Shown here: in pieces, positions 14,047 through 27,856 of the stretch | Layout: each line of letters begins with the position of its first letter | How positions within the stretch are numbered: position 1 is the first letter of the stretch | Assembly (NCBI GenBank): GCA_043228905.1 | Contig: JBHGNT010000009.1 | Span: 14,012,001-14,076,000, forward strand | From: Azolla caroliniana | Taxonomy: Eukaryota; Plantae; Polypodiophyta | DNA: 64,000 bases | Direction: 5' to 3' | Position numbers and translations under genes: made by a program | The notes under the pieces: generated by a model | Databases searched by the model: none | What the model saw: only the letters and a program-made list of their open reading frames with translations | What the model was told of the DNA's origin: nothing

Positions 14047-15053
14047 ACCTCCCCCTCCCAATATGACGATCCCTGTAACAAACACTTTCCCTCCCTTTCA
14101 TAGCTCCCATGAGAAAGAGAAGGTCGATGTTACATCAAGTTGTTATTACGGCCACTTCTATCAAAGATTCCCTCACGATTTTCTGCCATCAGTCACTATG
14201 ATTCCCCTCTATTCACGCGATCATAAAAGTACCTATTCAAATACTCTGTCTCGTACTTATTAATACATCAATATTTACAATTGATTATACATAAGACCGC
14301 ATTCATGTGCATCTGTGCACTCCCTTGTTCACACACAATCGGTGAGCTTTCTCCTTGTTTCCAGAATACTCCACGACACTATATTCAACAATCCGAACTC
14401 GACAAAATTGTTCTGTCGACTTGGTCTAGCATGGTGGTTCCCCCTTCTACCAAACGTTCCTCACGTGTTTGCGACATCTTGTCGGTAGTAGGAGTTGTAC
14501 TCATACGATGGTCCTTGATTATTTCGGTCTTGGCTGAATCGTCCTCTTGTTCCACAACCATGCCCTCTTCCTCCATCCGAATTCAAGTAGAGCATTTTAT
14601 CTTCCGATGTATTGCCCCTCGTTCAAACATTTTTTTCTTCGACCAGTAGCATTGACTAGAGATTGGAGGGAGGATTCTCCCTTCTAATGATGGATATCCT
14701 TATAGTGCCGAACAGGGGTGCTAGGCCTCCAAGGCATATTTGCACCATCTCATCATCGTCAATGTTGACATTGATCGATCTGAGGGAGTCATTGAGCTCG
14801 TTGATCTTTAAGGTGTAGCTTGCGATTGGCATGTCCCTTTGTTGGATATTATTCAACTCTTGGCGGATTTGAAGTTTCCGTGTAGTCGTGTTGGCCGCAA
14901 AGATTTTCTTGTGGTTCCCTCCAATATAGCCGAGCATATGATCATGAATGCATGATGCTAGGCAATACAACATATGGCTTGTTGTTTGCTACCATGCTAA
15001 GTAGTCGGCGTGTGTTGGGCTAGGTTGAGATTCTTGTGGTCCTTCAATATAAC

Positions 15054-18000
15054 AACACGTTTGCGTTCACAAGTGGAAGGATAAGGAATATTCCGTTTGA
15101 TTTTGGGGGTCTTTTTGCCATTTCACAAAACATCTTGATACTAGTATCACATGTTCTCCAAAACTTAATGAAAAAGTTGAAAATTTCACCATTTGGTAAA
15201 ATTGAAAAATGCTAAATTTGGGTAAAATATGAAAAGTAACTTTGTGGATTTTTAAAGAAAAATGACAACTAATAAGTTTTTAGATCTTAAAGAAATCAAA
15301 GTAGAATATTTCAAAACAATGAACGTTTTTATTCCATTCGATAAAATGTTGTCTAAATTTGTTACATATAGTTGCACAACAAATACATTTGGGAGTTATT
15401 TGCATGACTATCATCATTCTTTTCATGAGAATCACTACTATAGATAATATACAATTGTGACTCTTCCTCCTCATCTTCCAATGTACCAATCAAATCATTG
15501 TCTTCACCAAATGGTATCTCCAAATTTTGTGCAATAAATCTTCTTCACCTTCAATTTGAGATATCTTCTAGACTTGCTAATATCTCTTTTATTATGCATA
15601 TCGTTTTTGTCCTTATACATCCAACTTTTGTTTGTGTAAAGTCATACATAATGATATCCACCTCATTAATGTCAATGATAGATGTATTACAAAGGTTTAA
15701 TACATCATCACATCCAAAACTTTACCAATGCAGAATTGGTACCCTAGGTCATGGCCATCTACATGTGTAGCTATTAATATCCCCATCTTGAGTTCTTGCA
15801 AGTTTCCTTGTCATCTGAGTTATGCTTATGTTGTCATCCTTCGTTCCAACTATAAAGATTAACATTAAGTAGTGATTAAGAACCACGCGAACACTTTATG
15901 GACCATGTAAATGGCATTTGCAAGGTTAAATTACCATCAACACAATTATTAATAGTTTTTTGTTAATCAATGATGCACATGTTCACCATAAAGTATCTTG
16001 TTGTACAACATACTTGTTTGCACTATCGATATGCATCTTTTTCTCTTGTTAAAACAAACATTTTAGTACGATTCAAGTTCATGTTTAAAAAACCTCTTTT
16101 ATTTGAAAAACAACAAGATTTTAAACATTAAGTCGATATGTTGTATCGAGTTGATGTAAAAAATAGAATTTTCATCATAATTCCATACAATGTATTGAAT
16201 TCTTGCTCAAAGTTTTTTTTACTCGATTTAAATAATAATAATAATAATAAATTGTGCTTGAGTTCATCTAGAAAACCATAATTTTCATCACAATTCGATA
16301 TAATGTATTGAGTTCATGCTTAAAGTAATTTTTTCTAATTGTTTTCAATTTTTTTTCAATTTTTTTCAATTTTTTATAATTTTTTATTGATTTTGTTTTA
16401 TTTTTTAAACATCAATTTGATACAATGTATTGACTTGTGATAAAAGCTCTGGTTTTTTCATCACTTATTAAAGCTCAATTTTGATTTAAAAAAAAACCAA
16501 AATACCAAAATAAAATCGAAAAAAATGTAATTTTTTTTTTTTTAATCCAAAATTAAACTTTTCATGTCATGATATGGTAGGACTCGAACCCATGACCTTA
16601 TGCTACATGGGTCGAGCCCTTGACCATTAGACCATACATTGTAATACATAAAATATTATTTTTATCACTTATTAAAGCTCAATTTAAATAAAATAGGAAA
16701 AAATGTAATTATTTTTAAAAAAAAATCCGAAATAAAACTTTAAATACGTCATATCGAGTTCATGTAAAAAAGTCAGCTGAGTTCATGTCATGATATGGTA
16801 GGACTCAAACCCATGACCTTATGCTACACAGGTCAAGCTCTTGACCATTAGACCATACATTGTAATACATAAAATATTATTTTCATCACTTATTAAAGCT
16901 TAATCTTTTTTTAGAAAAAAAACAAAACACCAAAATAAAATAGGAAAAAATGTAATTATTTTAAAAAAAATCCGAAATAAAACTTTAAACATGAACTCGA
17001 TACGCCGTATCGAGTTCATGTAAAAAAGTTAGCTTAATTCATGTCATGACATGGTAGGACTCGAACCCATGACATTATGCTACACAGGTCAAGCTCTTGA
17101 CCATTAGACAATACATTGCAATACATAAAATATTATTTTCATCACTTATTAAAGCATAATTGTTTTTTAGAAAAAAAACAAAACACCAAAATAAAATAGG
17201 AAAAAATGTAATTATTTTTTAAAAAAATCCGAAATAAAACTTTAAACATGAACTCGATACGCCGTATCGAGTTCATGTAAAAAAGTTAGCTTTTCAACAT
17301 GAACTCGATACGTTGTATCGAGTTCATGTAAAAAACTTAGCTTAGCTCATGTCATGATATGGTAGGACTCAAACCCATGACCTTATGCTACATGGGTCGA
17401 GTTCTTAACAATTAGACCATACATTGTAATATGTAAAATATTATTTTCATCACTTATTAAAGCTTAATGTTTTTTAGAAAAAAAAAACAAAATACCAAAA
17501 TAAAATAGGAAAAAATGTAATTATTTTTTTAAAAAATCCGAAATAAAACTTTAAACATGAACTCGATATGGCGTATCGAGTTCATGTTGAAAAGCTAAAA
17601 AAGCTAACTCTTTTACATGAACTCGGTATCGAGTTCATGTTGAAAAGCTAAAAAAGCTAACTCTTTTACATGAACTCGATACGCCGTATCGAGTTCATGT
17701 AGAAGAGTTAGATTAACTCATGTCATGATATGGTAGGACTCAAACCCATGACCTTATGCTACATGGGTCGAGCTCTTGACCATTAGACCATACATTGTAA
17801 TATATAAAATATTATTTTCATTTTTACTATATCGAGCGTTCCTTGTATATTCTTGTCACACAGTATATCGTTGTCATCATCATTCCCTCTCAGTCCCTGT
17901 CTCTCTCTCACTCTCTCTCTCTCTCTCTTCTTTTCTCAAGTGTTCTACACCTTAAATTCTTCTTAGTACTAATATTTCTCTCTTAGTACTAATTTCGTCT

Positions 18001-19189
18001 CTGTCTTAGAATTTTGTTTTTGAGCTTTAATAAGTGATGAAAAAACCAGAGTTTTTATCACAAGTCGATACAATGTATCGAGTTCATGTTTAAAATTATT
18101 ATTTTTTCCATAAAAAATAAAAAAAATAAAAAAAATTGAAAAAAACAAAAAAAAATTGAAAAAAAATAAACAAATTTGAAACAAATTGAAAATGTTTTTT
18201 TAAAAATAGAAAAAATTACTTTAAACATGAACTCGATACATTGTATTGAATTGTAATGAAAAATCTGGTTTTTCTATGAACTCAAGCTTAATTTTTTATT
18301 ATTATTATTTTTTAAATCCGGTAAAAAAACTTTGAACATGAATTCAATATATTGTATAGAGTTATGATGAAAACTCTATTTTTTACGTCAATTCAATACA
18401 ACATATCATGTTCATGTTTAAAACTCTTGTTGTTTTTCAAATAAAAGAGGCTTTTTAAATATGTATGTTGCACAACAAGATACCTTATGGTAAATATGTG
18501 CTTCATTTATTAGAAGAAAACCATTAATAATTGTGTTGATGGTAATTGAACTTTGCAAATGCCATTTACTTCACAAATTTTGAAGGGGAATTCTGATAAG
18601 GAAGGAGATTATAACATTGTCGATACCTTGATAACTATGTGTTATGTTCAAATTTATATATTAATGTTCACATCTAAAGTTTGACAATTTATGAATATCG
18701 TCTACATTTTAGGAGTTGTGGATTTATCAAAATTGTTTATGAATATTGTCTACATTTCTTAAGTTGTGAATTTATGGATGTTAATGAGCACTAATTTATA
18801 GATGATAACATTAAGGATTGCAATATTACCTTTTATACTTAAAACATTTTCAAGTCTAACAATAGATGTAACCTTAATCTTCTCAAGATGGTGAAACCAT
18901 TAATCTTAACTTGTGCCTTGAGTCGACCATAATTGTGATTTTCTTTAAGTTAACTACATTTCATATATGCAAACCATCAAAATTTAAACATTTATCCCTA
19001 AACTATTCAATTTTAGAAGTTATCATTTTGAAATTTGTTAAATCTCAAAAAATTAGCAAAATTTACATGCTATTTAAAACATGTGATACTAGTGTATCAA
19101 GTTTTTGGAAATTGTCTAAAATCGCAAGATTATAAAAGGAATCTATAAGTGGAATGCGCAATCCTTCCACTTGTGAATGCAAAGGTGTT
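15054..19189. mobile_element. Non-autonomous TIR/foldback DNA element with 4-bp TSD
   Basis: Left end aacacgtttgcgttcacaagtggaaggat and right end atccttccacttgtgaatgcaaaggtgtt are inverted repeats; TSD TAAC at 15050-15053 and 19190-19193; inner inverted arms about 15907-16478 and 18015-18569. Confidence 0.85.
16565..18010 (+). repeat. Array of five copies of a gypsy LTR 5' end (tRNA-like on the minus strand); the last copy extends to a near-complete LTR
   Basis: tgtcatgatatggtaggactc(g/a)aacccatgacc...aatattatttt starts at 16565, 16786, 17042, 17350 and 17721 and matches the reverse complement of about 48258-48358 and 52673-52773. Confidence 0.9.
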
Positions 19190-19588
19190 TAACTCCAATA
19201 GCCTTGGCCAACAAGGTATTGGTGCATCTTGTATTCCCAAGATGCCAAGTTGTTTCTGTCCAACTTTTCACTGGGAAGAGAGTTGCCCATCTGAGTGCTC
19301 ATGATGTCGACTTGGTTGAAACAAGTTTTCTTCTTCTTCTTCTTCTTCTCTATGATACAAACTATGTAGAGTTGTTACTATAGCGATCGGTTAGTTCTTC
19401 GTGAACGTTGGCGTGTACACAACACACACAGATGGGCTTAAATCAAGCTACCAATCGCTCTAATACCATGGAAAGAATCATGTGTGATTCTGTGCAACAA
19501 AAAACATCTGTGTATGTGTGTGTATGAGAAAAGAAAGAAAGAAAGATATATTAACGTCTTCTAAGGCCAAAATTGGCCCATGAGAGAG

Positions 19589-19627
<39 letters not shown>

Positions 19628-19649
19628 ACATGTATACAAAAACAGGAAA

Positions 19650-22600
19650 ACTGCCTTGTTGTGGTTGGCATGGGATCATGTTTGTACTCTGAAGCATCTT
19701 GGTGGGGCATCAATATTGAATTTATATGAGCATATGGTGGATCATCGATTTACTTTCATTTGATTTATGTTGGAGGGTATACAACCTTGGATAGAAACGG
19801 TGGCATACTTTATAGAGAGGGTAGGAATTAAGCTTGGAAACATGGGGTTTGAAGCTAATTAGTGGAATATCATTAACTCTAAAAGGGATGTCAAATGTGC
19901 AGGGTCTCTGATAGTTAAATATTTGTTGACATCTTGGCAAAGTACATTGGTATTTGTGGAATGGCATCATCCACAAGAAAGGGGATTGCCAATTCATTAC
20001 AAATGGAGGTTTTTGGCGACATCAACGTTGTTAAGGTGGGAAGGTAAAAAAATTCTTAACCTTCAATTTAATCAGATGGCTAGCTTGGGTTTGATAACAG
20101 TCAAGGATGCTATGTTGGTGTCACAAAGAAGATTAACGACCTTTAGAACAACAAGATCAACATTTCGTATTCCAAAAGGTTATACCTTTATTTGGGATAA
20201 GTTGTTAGAATTACTATCTTCTTATGAGCCAATTCCTGACTTAGATGGGGGATCTCAAGAGCTTGATTGGAGGTTTGTTGGGAATAGGAGATTGACTATG
20301 ATCTCAAAAAATGATGCTTATCACAAGTTGATTGCCAAACATAAGTGGATGGAAGAAAGGTTTATAAAGATAGGGGGTTTTCATAAGCCCCTTACACAGT
20401 GGTTTTATGTGATCAAGGCATATTGGTGTTCTCGATCAATGCTACGAGCTAAGGTATTCATTTGGAGAGTTATGGTTAGAGTTTTACCACTGGAGGATGC
20501 ATTTAAAAAATTAAACATTGTTAGAGGAATGTGTTTCTTTTGTTCAATGGAATTGGAACATAGTAGACATCGATTTCTTTCATGCTTGATGGCTAGGATG
20601 GTTTGGAGGTGTATAAAATTAGTGTGGATGTTTCTAACTGGAGTAAGTCTATCTTCCTTCAGTTGGGTTTTTGCACATATGGAGAATGTAAAAACAAAGG
20701 TGCGGAAGCGTTAGACAACCGGCTTGGCCAGAGAGAGAGAGAGATTAACACACAGAAGGTATGCAAGAGAGATAGAGAAAGAGCAGAACAACTTAAATCT
20801 ATTATCAAAAACTTTGTAAAATTCTCTATAAAATTCTCTGTACATACAACGTGCTCAACAACACTATTCATACAAGTCCTAAGAGGACTGACAGAAATAT
20901 GGTGTACTTCAATGCTCACATGAGCGTCTGACATTAACTACGAGACATTAACTACCTAGTAGTCTAGGCTGCTACTAGGCTTCCGGTTACTGCTGGATCC
21001 GGCTAACTGGTTCCCCAGCTCACCGGCTCACCAATCCGGCTCATCCTTCCGGATGCCAATCCGCCTTAGGCCTATTCAGCCGATCCGGATCCGGTTGAGC
21101 TTGTCGCTCAACACTCCCCCTCAAGCTCAACTTGAGGTTGGATCATAGTGTCAGTCTCCATGGCAACCAGTCCTTCCACCCGGCTCCTTCAGGCGTCACT
21201 CCGCCTTGCTCGCACTCCTCGTCCGGTCTGGTCCCATTTGCCACGATCCTTCTGATTTTGCACACCTCAACCTCCTCGGTCGGCTTGTCTGCTCAACAGG
21301 CCCAATTCAGCTCCCTCACTGCTATGACTTCGACGCTTGCCGATTTGCCGATTCCTTCGTGTTGGCATCGACTTTCGTTGCCTTCTCGTCCTCTTGGCCT
21401 TGAATTCATTCGGTTCTTCCGAATCTGTCTGTTGAACCAAATCGGTTGTCTCTTATTCGTTCCAACTCTTGTCCGAATCGGTCGCTCCCAATTCATCTTC
21501 TGGTTCCAAGCCCTTCACCACATTGGACCATGTTCGGGTCTTGGCCTTCTTCTTCCGGTCGGCTCTGTCCTTCTTGACTCTGTCACCACCGTCTCTTGTT
21601 CCGACTTATTCGGATGTGTCAACTTCCTTTGTTGACTCGGCTCCTTTCTTCTTCTTGTCTCTCCCTTTGTTGGTTCTTCCCTCACCGGCGTAATCAGCAG
21701 CTTCTTTGCCTTTGCCCGTTCCGGTGTCTTTGCCCGTTCTCCCCCTCAAGTGTGGCACGTCGAGATGCTGAACACCAAGCATTTCGGTGAAGTGCTGCAA
21801 CTTGTCTGACCCGAGCGGTTTGGTGAAGATGTCGGCAACTTGCCGATCTGTATGAACATACCGCTCAAGACACGCTCACGCACGAAGTGGTAGTGCACTT
21901 CTATGTGCTTTTTGCGAGCATGGAATACGGGGTTCTTGGCGAGCTGCATGTTGCATATGTTGTTGCAGTAGATCAGGACCGGGGTCGGCACCTCGATCCG
22001 CAGGTCTTGCAGCAGTTGTCGAAGTCAAATGGCTTCACAGGTGGCAACAGTAACGCCCCGGTATTCAGCCTCAGTGCTCGAAAGGGCCACTATTGGCTGC
22101 TTTTTGCTGCTCCATGCAACAGCCGTGCTACCAAGGGAAAACATATAGCCAGAGGTGGATCGACGATCTGATGCATCGTCGTCCCAGTCGGCATCGGTGT
22201 AGCCGACTAGCTCTTCGGTTATACCATGCCGGTATAACAGTCCCCAGTCCTTCGTGTCGCTCACATATCGCAAAATTCGATGCGCGCAAAGAAGGTGCTC
22301 CACGGTTGGCTTCTGCATATATTGGTTGATCACGCCGACTACATAACTGATGTCGGGTCGGGTGATTGTCAAATATATAAGGCTTCCGACGATTTGTCTG
22401 AACTGCTTCTCATCGCAGGCCGGTCTGGAGTTAGGACGGATCTTCTGGTTCCGGTCCAGGGATGTGGAGATCGGTCGGCATTCCGTCATGCCGAACTTGT
22501 ACAACATATTCAACACATAGTGTCTTTGTGAGAGCAATATGCCGTCGGGGGTTCGGATCACCTCGATCCCAAGGAAATAGTGAAGATCCCCCAGGTCCTT

Positions 22601-25600
22601 CATCTCAAATGCGTCCGACAACTGGGATTTGACACGGCTGATTTTATCGAGTCCGGGTTCGGTGATGATTAGATCATCAACATACAACAAGATGCAAACC
22701 GGACCATCCGGACCTTGCCGGATGAACAACGAAGAGTCGGACTTGGAGGCCGCAAACCCCATCTTACGCAACCGGTGCGTGATCTTCGCATACCAAGCTC
22801 GGGGGGCTTGCTTTAGGCCATAAAGTGACTTCTTCAGCTGGCATACCGCCGACTTGTTCATCTCCGACTGGAAACCGGGGGGTTGGGTCATAAATACCTC
22901 TTCTTCAAGATCGCCTTGAAGAAATGCATTCTTCACGTCCATCTAGTAAAGATGCCAACCCCTTGCCGCAACAACCGCCAGCACCACACGAACCATCGTC
23001 ATCTTCGTTACCGGAGCGAAGGTCTCGTCGTAGTCAATTCTGTGGGTTTGTGTGTATCCCTTCGCCCCTAACTAGGCCTTGTACCGGTTAACCGAACCGT
23101 CGGCATTATACTTTACCTTGTACACCCACTTACAGCCGATCGGTTTATAGTGTCGAGGAGGGTCAACTAGGTCCCATGTGTCGTTGGCCTCAAGTGCCCG
23201 CATTTCTTCCTCCATAGCGGCACACCAATTTGCGTCCTTTGCCGCTTCTGCGTAGCTCTCCGGCTCACGCACTTCCACCACCTTGGTCATGTACGCATAG
23301 TGATGCGTCATGTACTCATTGTACCTATACCACTTGACGGGGTTCTTCTAGGGAGAAGACCGGCGTAACTTATCGTTACCCAATTTGAGGCCCTTCTTGG
23401 CCGGTTCGGCCTTCGTTGCCAAAGATCCGACTTCTTCTTTTTCAGAGTCGGATCTGCTCCGATCCGACTCACCATTGCCGGTCTCGTGCTCCGGCATCTT
23501 CCTCTTCTCCTTTTCCTTGCGCGTGAACCATCTCCTTGGTTCCTTGCACGGGGGGATCACAATAGAGTCTCCACTACTCACGGTTCAACTTCCAACTGGT
23601 CAATTTGACTCAATTGCTCGTTCGGCCCGCTCAACCGAAATGATTCCAGACTCACATCTAGAGTCTCGAACCCTTCATCTTCTAACTGGACTGGTTCAGG
23701 CTCACTAGCCTCATCCTCCGGTATCAGGTCGGGGTCGGAAGTCGAAGCCGGTAAGGCATACCATGATGTCGTCTCATCAAACTCAACATCTCGGCTAACT
23801 CGGACCTGTTTTGTCCGGAGGTTATAACACTTATACCCCTTTTGCTCATGCGAGTAACCGACCAAGATGCATTTTTCCAACTTTGCATCCAACTTCCTCC
23901 GCTTCACATTCGGCACATGCACATATGCAATGCTACCGAATATCCGAAGGTGTCTCAAATTCGGCTTGCGCCCGAAATATAGCTCATGCTCAGACACCTT
24001 GTCACCGATCCGGTTTTGGATATAGACGGCCGTCCGAACTGCCTCAGCCCAATAGAATTTGGGCATGCTCTTCTCCTCCAGCATCACCCTTGCCGGGTCG
24101 ATAATGGACCGGTTCTTCCTCTCGGCCACACTGTTTTGCTCCGGTGTGTATCTGCAGCTGAACTCTCTCGGAATTCCTTTTTGCTGCAGATAACTATTGA
24201 ATTGGCCTGAAAATTATTCTTTTCCGCCATCTGACCGCAGGCACATGATCTTCCTCTCCGTTTCCCATTCAACCAGGCTTTGCAGGTTCTGGAAACACTC
24301 GAAGACTTCGCTCTTCTGCTCAATGAGGTAGATCCATGTGTGTCGGCTGTAGTCGTCAATGAAGGAGACGAAGTATCGACTCCCGCCAAGACTAATGTTC
24401 TGTGTCAGTCCCCATACATTCGAATGAATAACGTCGAGCTTGTTACGACTACGGTTTGGTTCGGTGGGGAATGGAAGCCAGTGTTGCTTCCCGAGTTGGC
24501 AGGTTTCACATATTTGGACCTTCCGGCCACTAAACTTTGGCAAACCGAAAACAACTTGTTTCACTTGCAGGTCTTGAAGCCTCCGGTGATTGATGTGGCC
24601 GATCCGCTTGTGCCAAAGATCAATATCTGATTCAATCTTCTGTCCTTTGGCGAACAAAGCGGTGCCGACGTCATTGGTGTCGAGGATGAACATCCTCCTA
24701 TCTCTGCGCCCTTGCACAATAATTTGGCCCTCTTCCTCGATGAAGCACCCAAGGTGCGTAAACTGCACCTGCATCCCCTGGTCAACGATCTGACCGATTG
24801 ACAACAGGTTCTTCGTGATAGTCAAAACGTGTAATACGTTCATCAACTTCCCCCTCTGTCCGACGTGGCTCAAAGGTACTTCTCCAACATGCACGATTGG
24901 CTGAGGAGTGTCGTCTCCGGTTTCGACGACTCCCGGTTGTTCCAGTTTCTCCAAGAAAGAGAACCACTCTCTGTGGCTCATCATGTGATTCGACGCACCG
25001 GAATCAACGTACCACACTTCCTCCGATTTGGAAGTGGTCTTCTTCATCGAGTTAGCCTCGTGTTTCATCACCAAGGCTGGTCCTTTATCGGCTTTTCCGT
25101 TTTTGGATCGTCCCGATCCTTCTGCGTAGTGCAAGTATTGTCGGTTCTCTCTGTCGGCCTTGTCGGATCCGGATCTGTCTGAATCAGCGTGCTTCTTCCA
25201 GCACTTGCTTTCTCTATGGCCCTTTTTACCACAGTACCAGCATTCCATGTCAGCCTTTGCTTGCCAGCCTCCGGCGCCGCCTTGACTCCCCCTGCTTATG
25301 GAGGGTCCGGAACTGTTGTCGGCACATTCTCTATGCCTTCGGTCCTGCTCTTGCCGCCCGCTACCATTGCAAGCCGACCCGCCTCATCCACCACGCCCAT
25401 GGGGCCGATCCGCCTCCGTGTACAGCATCCGGTTGTCAGTGGGTGAACTTGTGGACGCATCGGTGTGGTTCTCCTCTACAAGGGGCATCGACTATAAGTC
25501 AAAAAATGACGGCATATTCTCCCTTGTACATACCGCCGTTCGGAACGCTCTGAACTTAGACGCTAGGCCCCCAAGACAAATCTGCACCATCTCATCTTCC

Positions 25601-26705
25601 TCTATAGTGACGTTGATAGAGGCAAGTGAGTCACAGATCTCTTTGATTCGGGCCATGTAATCAGCTACCGACATGTCCTTCTGTCGGACATTGCTCAACT
25701 CCTGTCAGAGTTGCAGCTTCCGGGCCGTAGTGCTTGCCGCGAAAACCTTCTTCAGGTTTCCCCAAGCTTCTTTTGGCATCTTGGCATCTCGGACATGGCT
25801 TACCAGCTGGTCTTCGACACTGGACGCAAAGCAGTACATCACTCTGCTTGCCGCTTGTTCCCACACTGGGAAGTCCTTGTGTGCCGCATCAGGTGTTGTG
25901 TCATCAGCTCCGTCGACATAGCTCCAGTAACCATGCCCAAGCAGGTACTGGTGCATCTTGTATGACCAAGATGCGTAGTTGTATTTGTCGAGCTTCTCCA
26001 CCGAGAGCGAGCTAGCCATTCCTCTATCCATCACTTCTCTTTTTGTTCTTACCGGGTCTTAAGGTTTGTCTCCAGATGCTGATGTCAGCTACAGAGATTC
26101 TCAACCCTCGCGCTCTGATACCATGTTAAAACGAAGGTGCGGAAGCGTTAGACAACCGTTAGCCGGATAGCAACAGAGAGAGAGAGAGAGATTAACACAC
26201 AGAAGGTACGCAGGAGAGACAGAGAAAGAGCATAACAACTTAAATCTATTATCAACAACTCTGTAAAATTCTCTGTACATACAACGTGTTGAACAACACT
26301 ATTTATACAAGTCCTAAGAGGACTGACAGAAGTATGGTGTACTTCAATGCTCACACGAGCGTCTAACACTAACTACGAGACATTAACTATCTAGTAGTCT
26401 AGGCTACTACTAGGCTTCCGGTTACTGCTGGATCTGGCTAACCGGCTCACCGATCCGGCTCATCCTTCTAGACGCCGATCCGGCTCAGGCTTATTCAGCC
26501 GATCCGGATCCGATTGAGCTTGCCGCTCAACAGAGAACAAAGAACCGATGCCTCATTTCCAAATTATTTTTGAGTTCTTAAGGTATCGAGGGCTATAGTT
26601 TAATTGGAGTATGTGGAATGCCTTCACTTTTGATTCACAAGTTGGGTGAGAAAAAATGTTGTAAAATTAAAGGGACTTCTTTTGTGGTAGTTGTCAATGC
26701 TAGAG
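19650..26705 (+). pseudogene. L1-like LINE ORF2 3' fragment (zf-RVT region) split by a copia insertion
   Basis: KVFIWRVMVRVLPL...CFFCSMELEHSRHRFLSC in ORF 19923-20714; the frame resumes after 26532 (ENKEPMPHFQII). Confidence 0.8.
20687..26532 (-). mobile_element. Full-length but mutated Ty1/copia element (Ale/Retrofit-like)
   Basis: LTRs 26124-26532 and 20687-21113; TSD GAGAA; PBS gctctgatacca 26112-26123; PPT next to 21114; gag-PR-INT-RT-RH order with several stops and frameshifts. Confidence 0.95.
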
Positions 26706-26913
26706 AAGTCATGAAATCGTAACAATGAAGAGAGAGAACTCTGCAAGGTAACGAAATCTCATCATATTCGTCATTTCAATTAGTTTATAAGGTGGCATTG
26801 AGTTTGTAGTCATAGTAGTATTTAGTTTGTAGTTGTAGAAGGGTACTATACTTCGTAGTAAGTTAGTCATGGTGGTGTTTTTTTTACTTTCGTAATGAAA
26901 GCCATTATTTACG

Positions 26914-26951
<38 letters not shown>

Positions 26952-27287
26952 TGGTGTGATCTTTCTTTCATAATGGAAGTCATTATTTACGGAGAGAAAG
27001 AAAAATATATTAACGTCGTCTAAGTCCAAAATTGGTCCATGAGACAATTGGTTTACAACAAAAATGGGGTATTTATCCATTTATAGAAAGTAAAAATAAA
27101 ATAGAGCTTAAGCTAAATAATTCTAGTAAAAAAACAACATGTTTTATAAGGAAATGGCTTTATACTAGGCCTAGTTTAATTTCCATTCACAAAATCTCTC
27201 TACCCATAGTTAAAATATTGCTCCGTTAAGAAAAGAATAGTCTGGGCTTCCGAAACCTTAAGAAGAAGTGGGAGGTCAAAGGGTTTT

Positions 27288-27757
27288 GATGTGGATGTGG
27301 CCCGTGGTCCCAATGTAAAAGGTATCCCAACCATAGCTTCTAGGCGGCGTAGCTCACGTTCCCTTATCTTCTTAATGGTTTCTACTCCATGTCGAGTTGC
27401 TTTGAAGCCTAACATCCGAGGGTGTTTGGTTTTTCTTTGCAATGATGTGGATGTGGCCCGTGGTCCCAATGTAAAAGGTATCCCAACCATAGCTTCTAGG
27501 CGGCATAGCTCACGTTCCCTTATCTTCTTAATGGTTTCTACTCCACGTCGAGTTGCTTTGAAGCCTAACATCCGAGGGTGTTTGGTTTTTCTTTGCAATG
27601 ATGTGGATGTGGCCCGTGGTCCCAATGTAAAAGGTATCCCAACCATAGCTTCTAGGCGGCGTAGCTCACGTTCCCTTATCTTCTTAATGGTTTCTACTCC
27701 ACGTCAAGTTGCTTTGAAGCCTAACATCCGAGGGTGTTTGGTTTTTCTTTGCAATGA
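27288..27757. repeat. 156-bp tandem repeat, 3 copies
   Basis: gatgtggatgtggcccgtggtccc recurs at 27288, 27444 and 27600. Confidence 0.95.
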
Positions 27758-27856
27758 TTTCTGTTTCATCAAGAGAGAGATGGTGTGTTCTTTCATTCCT
27801 AATGGAAGTCATTATTTACGGAGAGAGAGAGAGAGAGAGAGAGAGATTATATTATC

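Larger units (their letters stand above)
14300..19540 (-). mobile_element. Copia gag/protease remnant split by the TIR element
   Basis: PBS gctctaatacca 19457-19468. Gag MHQYLVGQGYWS|YIEGPQES rejoins across 15054-19189. RKLQIRQELNNIQQ and QICLGGLA lie at 14656-14973. Confidence 0.85.

Noticed and set aside
16565-17820. CRISPR-like look: palindromic repeats alternating with other sequence
   Set aside because: The intervening units are copies of one another rather than unique spacers, the spacing is irregular, the context is eukaryotic and there are no cas genes.
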